From the IMG/VR virus record IMGVR_UViG_3300010352_001202: 64,000 nt of DNA; one strand, given 5' to 3'. The position numbers and the translations under genes are program-made. The stretch comes from a virus (lineage: Duplodnaviria; Caudoviricetes). Under the pieces are notes generated by a model. The model was not told where the DNA came from, did no database searches, and was given only the letters and a program-made list of their open reading frames with translations. Positions 57,218-64,000 of the stretch are shown here, piece by piece; within the stretch, counting starts at the first letter, position 1; the number at the start of each line of letters is the position of its first letter.

Positions 57218-59161
57218 ATGTCAATTAAAATTTCAGGCGTACAAATGGGGAGCCTAACAGGTGGTCCATCTGCTATAAACCTCTCTGACCTGCATGATGT
57301 CAGTATTACATCTCCTGCCACCGGCCAATATCTAAGATATAATGGCGCAATCTCTGAATGGCAAAATGCATACATTGATAGTGATGTTTTTGGTTATCTT
57401 GATTCTGCATTATCCGGAACACAAGGTGTAACAATTACAACAGTTTCGGGTCCTAACACTATTGCAATCGGACTAGGTGCTATTACACCGTCGTCTGTAA
57501 CTTCAAGCGGCACCGTTACTGGTACCAATCTTTCCGGCACAAATACAGGCGATCAGACAATTACGCTAACAGGCGATGTTACCGGATCGGGTACAGCAAC
57601 ATTCAGCACAACTTTAGCGACTGTTAATTCAAGTCCGCAAACAGATACATTTAGAAGAATTACCGTAAACGGTAAGGGATTAGTAACAGCAACATCGTCG
57701 GTAACATCGTCGGATATTACAACAGCCCTTACCTACACGCCAGTTGATAAAGCCGGTGATACAATGTCCGGCTATCTAATATTGAATGCAGATCCTGCCA
57801 GTTCGCTTGGCGCAGCAACAAAGCAATATGTTGATTCAGAAGTTGCAGCAGTGGCATCTGGTGTCAATGTTCACGCTGCCTGCGAAACTTCGACTACGGC
57901 AGCTCTTCCAACATGCACATATAATAACGGTTCGTCGGGAGTAGGAGCAACATTAACAGCAAATTCAAACGGTGCATTAGGCACTGTAGGTGGTTATGGC
58001 GGCCTTACTGTTTCTGCTCGTCTTCTAGTTAAGAATCAGGCAGCAACACTTCAAAACGGTATCTATGTTGTTACACAGTTAGGCGATGGTTCTAATCCCT
58101 GGATTCTAACAAGAGCAACAGACTTTGACGGTTCGCCAACAAGTGAAATTTCTGCAGGCGACATGACTTATGTTCAGGAAGGTACATTAGGTGGAACACA
58201 ATGGGTCGAAACAGCAATTGGAACGGGATCACCAGGTGATTACATTATTGTTGGAACAGATCCAATTGTATTTTCACAGTTTTCTGGAGCAGGTGTTTAT
58301 ACAGCAGGCTCCGGAATTGATATTACAACAAATGTTATTTCTAATACTGGTGTTCTAAGTATTGTTGCAGGTTCGGGTATTGGAATTTCTGGTGGAACAG
58401 GTAACGTAACAATCACTGCAACAGGTGGCGGCGGAACAGTAACTTCTGTGAATATTACTCCACCGTCTGCAGGTATCGGAGCATCAGGTGGCCCAATTAC
58501 AGGTTCGGGTTCAATAACATTATCTCTAACAAACGATTTGGCCGCAGTTGAAGGATTATCTACGAACGGCCTTACTGTTCGTTCAGCCACAGATACATGG
58601 ATTACAAGAAATATTGCAGTCAGCGGTACTGGTTTATCAGTTACCGATCCCGACGGTATTCTTGGAAACCCAACAGTAACGAGTAATGCAACTAGTGCAA
58701 ACACAGCATCCACTATTGTTGCGAGAGACGGTTCGGGAAATTTCACAGCGGGCACAATTACCGCTTCTCTAACAGGCGCTGCAAGCTTAAATGTACTGAA
58801 AGCTGGCGATACAATGTCGGGTGCGCTAAACGAAGCACCTGTAACAACTATTGCATCTGGCTCGACTGTAAATCTTGCAACAGCCACATCTAATACAGTG
58901 ACTGTTACCGGGACTAGCACAATAAATAGCTTCGGTACAATAGCAAGTGGCGCCCGTAGGGCACTGATTTTCTCGGGAGTTTGTACAGTAACAAATTCTG
59001 CAAATATTATTAATGTTACCGGAGCAAATATTGTTACGGCAGCAAATCAAACACTAGAATATGTTTCGTTAGGTTCCGGTGTCTGGCAACAAATTGGATC
59101 AGCTTCATCGGGCGGCAGTGTTAGCCTAGACGATGCTTTAATCTATTCACTTACATTTTGA
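57218..59161 (+). CDS. Fibre protein, mosaic of modules shared with the 38748, 44098 and 55546 genes
   Basis: GTNTGDQTITLTGDVTGSG, TLATVNSSPQTDTFRRITVNGKGLVTA, RLLVKNQ...NGIY, SNATSANTASTIVARDGSGNFTAGTITA; GATAAATA 57187-57194. Confidence 0.78.
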   Translation: MSIKISGVQMGSLTGGPSAINLSDLHDVSITSPATGQYLRYNGAISEWQNAYIDSDVFGYLDSALSGTQGVTITTVSGPNTIAIGLGAITPSSVTSSGTVTGTNLSGTNTGDQTITLTGDVTGSGTATFSTTLATVNSSPQTDTFRRITVNGKGLVTATSSVTSSDITTALTYTPVDKAGDTMSGYLILNADPASSLGAATKQYVDSEVAAVASGVNVHAACETSTTAALPTCTYNNGSSGVGATLTANSNGALGTVGGYGGLTVSARLLVKNQAATLQNGIYVVTQLGDGSNPWILTRATDFDGSPTSEISAGDMTYVQEGTLGGTQWVETAIGTGSPGDYIIVGTDPIVFSQFSGAGVYTAGSGIDITTNVISNTGVLSIVAGSGIGISGGTGNVTITATGGGGTVTSVNITPPSAGIGASGGPITGSGSITLSLTNDLAAVEGLSTNGLTVRSATDTWITRNIAVSGTGLSVTDPDGILGNPTVTSNATSANTASTIVARDGSGNFTAGTITASLTGAASLNVLKAGDTMSGALNEAPVTTIASGSTVNLATATSNTVTVTGTSTINSFGTIASGARRALIFSGVCTVTNSANIINVTGANIVTAANQTLEYVSLGSGVWQQIGSASSGGSVSLDDALIYSLTF

Positions 59162-59170
59162 GGTAAAATA

Positions 59171-62100
59171 ATGTCATCTTCATTCAAAAGAACATACTAC
59201 AAGCCAACAACAACAGGAATGGATGTTGCATATACAGTACCTTCTGTTTCGTCAGCTATCCTGCTCAGTGCTATTGTCACACCAACTAATAACGAAGATA
59301 AGACAGTATCGTTAGGTGTTGCGCCAACAGGTTCATCTGACATTAACTGGGTAAGCAGAAATATTCCTGTCTATAACGGTTCGTCTATTAACCTTTCGCC
59401 CGATAGAATGGCACTAAACACAGGTGATAGAATTATTGTAAATGCCAACACAGATTTGATGCAATTTATCCAATCTGTTTCTGATTTGCCTATTGCTAAT
59501 CCAACATCAATTGCAGTGAATTCCGGCGGAACAGTAATTGTTATTGGTGGAACAGATGGTCTTGCAATGTCATCAGATGGTGGATTATCGTTTAATAAGG
59601 TATCGTCAGTTGCACCTGTAAATACTGGCTTTAACTTGTTGAAGTATTTTGCAAGTAAATTTATTTATTTTGTTAGTTCGTCACTTATTTACACATCAAC
59701 CGATGGCGTAACATGGACCGCAAATACCAGTGGAGTTGCAACAAACCAGATTTATCCGACTTCGCAGGTTACAGGTAATGGTTCGAGATTAGTAGGCATC
59801 AACAATGGCGCATTGTACCAGTCGACAGATGGTACAACATGGACATCTATTTCTACAAATGGATATCCTACGAATATGAAGACAATTACCGATGTTAACA
59901 TTAATTATGTTTACTATAATGCCTCGATAAGTGGTTTCTATGCATGTGGCGATAACGGTACTGTTTTCCGCTGTGGAACTACGCCCGGTGCCAATACATG
60001 GACACAAGTACCAACAGGCGTACTAGAAAACTTAAACGGAATGTATTTTGGTAGCAGTACATTAGTTGTAGTCGGTGATAACGGAAGACTCATTACTACA
60101 TCGACATATACAGATGCAGGAGTATTTGCTGTAGCCGCAGCTAGCGTAACAGGCACAACAGAAAACTTAAGAGGAATCACATTTAACGGATCTTATTGGA
60201 TAGTATGCGGAACAAATGGAACTATTCTTACTTCTACCTCTCCAACAACCTCATGGACATCAAGAACATCGGGTGTTTCGGTAACATTAAATGCGGTAAC
60301 ATTTTCTGCATCTAATAATGGTATTATTGTTGGCGATACAGGCACTATTTTATATGAAATAGGAACAGCAGGTGCAACATGGAATTCACAATCATCTGGT
60401 ACTTCCAATAATCTTAACAGTGTTATGTTTTCTGGTAGTTTAAATTCATATGTCGCCGTAGGAAATGCAGGAACTGTTATATCAAGTCCCAATGCAACAG
60501 CGTGGACTTCGAGAACATCTGGTACCTCCAACAATCTTTATTCTGTTAATCAGGGTTCTGCGACTTTTGGAATATTAATGGCCGGCGCTGCCGGGACACT
60601 GCTCGGCGTCGAACAAAGATCTGGTTTGTACAATTTTACAACATTTAGATCGGGCACAACATCGACTATAAAATCTATTTTTGCTGTAGGAAATGCAGGA
60701 ACTTATGCAGCATATGTTGGCGCCAATGGCCTATTTGGAATGTCAACTACGGAATTTACTTCTTCCCAGCTACTTACAGGTGCTTACATTGCATCCGACC
60801 TAGTCAGCGGTACATCTACAAAATTCAATGCCATTGCCATGGCAACAACTGGTTCTAATATTGTTGCAGTTGGAGATAGTGGTATTATTTACACTTCGGC
60901 ATCTAGCACTTTAACAACATGGACATCAAGGACATCTGGTGTAGGTGTAAACCTTAATGGAGTGGTACAGAACAGTGCTGGTGTTTGGGTTGTAGTAGGT
61001 GATACAGGCACTATTCTAACAAGTTCTACATTAACAACATGGACTTCACAGACATCGAGCACATCAAACAACCTAAACGGTGTTTGCCTCGGCCCGGGTA
61101 CGCCAAGTTTTATTGCTGTAGGTAACGGCGGTGTTGTTAGAACAGGTGATGCAACTGGCGTGACATGGACTTCACAGACAAATGCCGATACAGCAAATCT
61201 AAGAGCTATTGCTTTTAATTCAGCAAACACAAACTGGGTTGCAGTCGGCGATGGTGGCAGAGCATTACTTGGCACAACTTCGGGAACTACCTGGGCTGTT
61301 CAAACATCTAACACATCTAACAACTTAAGAAGTATTTCTTGGACACCGACCTTTAACTATACTGCTGTGGGTGATGCTGGTACTGTTATTTCTGGTGTCG
61401 CAGGCGGTACATCATGGACCGTAAGAAATTCTGGAACGGCTGAAAATCTATTTACTTGTTTGTCACTCAACTCAGGCGTTGCAGGTCTTTCAGTACTTAC
61501 CACCGTCGGCGCAGCAGCATTTGGTGATAATGGATGCATGATAACATCAAATACACCGACATCTGCTAACTTTGTAACCAGAAAAATAGCGGTAACAGGT
61601 GCATTATATGGAAGCACAGATACAGGAACAGTAACTCTTGCCGTAGGTGCAAGTGGAAAAATTTATTCATTCTCTGTTGTTAACGGTGGATTCCAAGAAA
61701 TTTTTGTATTAAGGCCGAACGACATACCGGCGATTGCGGGTGGTACAAACTTTGCAGTAGCACCAGGCCCGTTTTCGACAATGTATACTTCGGGAACCAC
61801 TGCTGCAACAAACAGATGGAATACTTTATTCCCGACATCTGGCTTTGCTGAGATGAACCTAAGGAAAGCAATTTACAATGGTACCTCATGGATGATGGTG
61901 GGTAATAACGGAAGTGCAATGACCCTGTCAAGCAATACACAGACTGGTACTCCTACTATGCTTACCACACAGACAAATACAAATCTTCGAAGCGGTATCT
62001 ACAATACAAGTAGTGTAATACATATTCTTGTTGGAGAAGATGGCGGAATATTCACATCGACCTCGTCAGTTAGTACAATGATTATTACAAAGAGAACATC

Positions 62101-64000
62101 GGGAACTACACAGGATTTAAATGATATTGCGTTTAGGGGATACTTAAATGTTGTTGTGGGAAATGGTGGTACAATATTAACTTCGAGCAATGCCGGCGTT
62201 ACATGGACTTCACAAACATCTGGAACAAGTGAAAATCTATTAGGTGTTGCATACAACGGCACATTAGATATTTTCATTGCTGTTGGAGCCAATGGTACCA
62301 TTCTTACAGGCAATACTACAGGCACAACATGGACTTCGAGAACATCGGGCACATCAAAGAATCTTAACGGTGTGTTTTTTGCTAACGGCAACATTCCTGT
62401 TGCTGTCGGCGACACAGGCACAATTCTAGTTTCTACAGCAGCATCTCTTGGCGCTACATGGACTTCCATCACACCTGTAGTTGATCATGATTTGCTCGGC
62501 GGATGCACATTACCGTCATCTACACAGAATTATATTGTCGGTAAGGGTTATACAATTATTGATGCAACAGTTACCACAGCACCTGTTATTAGATCTTCAT
62601 ATACACCGAACTGTTCGATTACGGCTGGATGCCCAAATCCGGTGGCAACTGCAAGACCTGTCTTTGTGGGAACCAATGGAATGATTTTCTACGGCATGGG
62701 TCGTCAGGGATCGAGTATGTTTACTCCACGCTTTAGTGGAACATATTCTAATTTAAACGATATTTGTACAACAGCTATTAGTTCAAATGCCATGCTTGCC
62801 TGCGGTGATTCGGGAACTGTTATTCAGTGTTCTGCTGCATCTATTGGATATGTACCGTGGTCTTATATCACTTCAAACACGACAGATAATTTATACGGTA
62901 TTGGAACCGGTGTAACAAATACATGTTGCTCCGTCGGTGCTGGCGGTCGTGTTGTCTATGGATCGCCCAATGTTAATTCTTCCTGGACTGTAGCGTCTAC
63001 AACCAACACAACAAATAGATTAAATTCTGTTTCGACTTTTACATCTAACTGGTGTGCGGTAGGTGCCAATGGTACAATTATTACATCAAATTCTGAACCG
63101 ACACCTGCTTCATGGACATTACAAACCACCGGCACTACAGAAACATTTAATTCTGTAAGACTCGATACCACTAATACTGTGTTTATAGCTGTCGGGACAA
63201 ACGGAATTATCAAAACATCAGCGAATGCTTCTCCATCGACCTGGTCCACAAGAGCTTCTGGTGTTACAACAGAGCTAACAGATATTGGATTCCTTAGTGC
63301 AGGTAGCAGTACGAGTATTGTTGTTGGAAAGGCCGGTACATATTTAACAAGTTCTAATCTTTTAACATGGACGGCAGTGTCCTCTGGCACAACAAATGAC
63401 CTTGTAACGGTTGTTTCTGTAGGAAGTAGCTTACCAATATATGTTGATTCGATAGGATCGATTTATGGAAAAGATACATCTGCAGGAGTAACAGCTACAT
63501 TATTGGCAGCACCGAGAGCGGTTACATCTCAAATTTCATTATCTAATGCAACATTACTTTCGTACCTTACACCAATCGGCCTTACTTCGTACAATGTCTA
63601 TTTAGGGCTATCGGGCAAAACTATTGCTTTGAAATCACAAACATCGACGACAGCAGTCACAGATATTACTTCTGTTGGCGATAGTTCAAATACAATTTTC
63701 TTTGTTGCACAAACAACAGGAAATGTAAGATCTACCAGCGATTTCGTAACCATGACAGATCTTGGATATGCAGGAAAGGCAACAAAATCATTAGGTAATA
63801 GAGTTATTTCCGGCACCGATGGTGTAATTAGCGTGCCGCAATCAACCGTTGTTGCATCGGCACTGACAGCAAATGTTGTACCGTTCGGGCCGACATTAAC
63901 TTCGGCAGCGAATTTTGATAGATACAGTAATACATCGTTGGGATTCGATTCCAGCGGTAATCTGTGGAAAATAGATGATACCACATCCGCCGTGCCGAGA
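59171..64000 (+). CDS. Very large beta-propeller-repeat (BNR/Asp-box, YCF48-like) virion protein, >1610 aa, truncated by the right edge
   Basis: Not in the ORF track, consistent with no stop in the window. SD GAGG, ATG 59171 MSSSFKRTYYKP; frame spot-checked open at 61.7-62.0 kb and at the edge; many WTSRTSGT..NL.....VAVG..GTILTS blade repeats. Confidence 0.85.
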   Translation, partial: MSSSFKRTYYKPTTTGMDVAYTVPSVSSAILLSAIVTPTNNEDKTVSLGVAPTGSSDINWVSRNIPVYNGSSINLSPDRMALNTGDRIIVNANTDLMQFIQSVSDLPIANPTSIAVNSGGTVIVIGGTDGLAMSSDGGLSFNKVSSVAPVNTGFNLLKYFASKFIYFVSSSLIYTSTDGVTWTANTSGVATNQIYPTSQVTGNGSRLVGINNGALYQSTDGTTWTSISTNGYPTNMKTITDVNINYVYYNASISGFYACGDNGTVFRCGTTPGANTWTQVPTGVLENLNGMYFGSSTLVVVGDNGRLITTSTYTDAGVFAVAAASVTGTTENLRGITFNGSYWIVCGTNGTILTSTSPTTSWTSRTSGVSVTLNAVTFSASNNGIIVGDTGTILYEIGTAGATWNSQSSGTSNNLNSVMFSGSLNSYVAVGNAGTVISSPNATAWTSRTSGTSNNLYSVNQGSATFGILMAGAAGTLLGVEQRSGLYNFTTFRSGTTSTIKSIFAVGNAGTYAAYVGANGLFGMSTTEFTSSQLLTGAYIASDLVSGTSTKFNAIAMATTGSNIVAVGDSGIIYTSASSTLTTWTSRTSGVGVNLNGVVQNSAGVWVVVGDTGTILTSSTLTTWTSQTSSTSNNLNGVCLGPGTPSFIAVGNGGVVRTGDATGVTWTSQTNADTANLRAIAFNSANTNWVAVGDGGRALLGTTSGTTWAVQTSNTSNNLRSISWTPTFNYTAVGDAGTVISGVAGGTSWTVRNSGTAENLFTCLSLNSGVAGLSVLTTVGAAAFGDNGCMITSNTPTSANFVTRKIAVTGALYGSTDTGTVTLAVGASGKIYSFSVVNGGFQEIFVLRPNDIPAIAGGTNFAVAPGPFSTMYTSGTTAATNRWNTLFPTSGFAEMNLRKAIYNGTSWMMVGNNGSAMTLSSNTQTGTPTMLTTQTNTNLRSGIYNTSSVIHILVGEDGGIFTSTSSVSTMIITKRTSGTTQDLNDIAFRGYLNVVVGNGGTILTSSNAGVTWTSQTSGTSENLLGVAYNGTLDIFIAVGANGTILTGNTTGTTWTSRTSGTSKNLNGVFFANGNIPVAVGDTGTILVSTAASLGATWTSITPVVDHDLLGGCTLPSSTQNYIVGKGYTIIDATVTTAPVIRSSYTPNCSITAGCPNPVATARPVFVGTNGMIFYGMGRQGSSMFTPRFSGTYSNLNDICTTAISSNAMLACGDSGTVIQCSAASIGYVPWSYITSNTTDNLYGIGTGVTNTCCSVGAGGRVVYGSPNVNSSWTVASTTNTTNRLNSVSTFTSNWCAVGANGTIITSNSEPTPASWTLQTTGTTETFNSVRLDTTNTVFIAVGTNGIIKTSANASPSTWSTRASGVTTELTDIGFLSAGSSTSIVVGKAGTYLTSSNLLTWTAVSSGTTNDLVTVVSVGSSLPIYVDSIGSIYGKDTSAGVTATLLAAPRAVTSQISLSNATLLSYLTPIGLTSYNVYLGLSGKTIALKSQTSTTAVTDITSVGDSSNTIFFVAQTTGNVRSTSDFVTMTDLGYAGKATKSLGNRVISGTDGVISVPQSTVVASALTANVVPFGPTLTSAANFDRYSNTSLGFDSSGNLWKIDDTTSAVPR

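Noticed and set aside
58297-63984. Series of Val/Pro-rich minus-strand ORFs
   Set aside because: Antisense shadows of the fibre and propeller genes.
37525-64000. Diversity-generating retroelement or invertible fibre cassette
   Set aside because: No reverse transcriptase or recombinase in the window; the shared repeats I compared are short and differ at synonymous positions, with no long template/variable repeat pair noticed.
1-64000. Alternative genetic code, tRNA genes, CRISPR arrays, introns or inteins in core genes
   Set aside because: Core genes are intact in the standard code with TAA, TGA and TAG stops; no cloverleaf, repeat-spacer array or intein motifs were seen by eye.

Overview
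A 64-kb piece of a large T4-superfamily (probably jumbo) myophage genome, almost entirely virion morphogenesis genes in the standard genetic code. Left to right: (1) a minus-strand baseplate operon (giant >2500-aa wedge protein running off the left edge and absent from the ORF track, then gp6-, gp25-, gp5/lysozyme-, hub-, gp53- and gp48/54-like genes); (2) gp55 late sigma factor with gp47/gp46, a Holliday junction resolvase and a GH108 endolysin; (3) a ~700-bp ORF-free, helix-rich region; (4) a gp26/gp51-like pair, tape measure, portal, prohead core, protease, scaffold and major capsid genes; (5) a long array of paralogous fibre/adhesin genes, Nudix, gp15- and gp14-like genes, and a >1600-aa beta-propeller-repeat protein running off the right edge. 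Five free-standing homing endonuclease genes (4 HNH, 1 GIY-YIG) are interspersed. The main non-obvious signals are: a candidate large structured ncRNA with convergent sigma70-type promoters (24.6-25.2 kb); a GATAAATA late-promoter consensus that often sits in hairpins masking the ribosome-binding site or just upstream of apparently leaderless genes; an A-AAT-TTT -1 slippery site joining the gp26/gp51-like ORFs; a recoded duplicate of the capsid C-terminus flanking an HNH insertion; and a probable ATC start (or stop read-through) for the gp15-like gene. All homology calls are from motif recognition by eye, and all RNA structures were paired by hand; no searches or folding programs were run.
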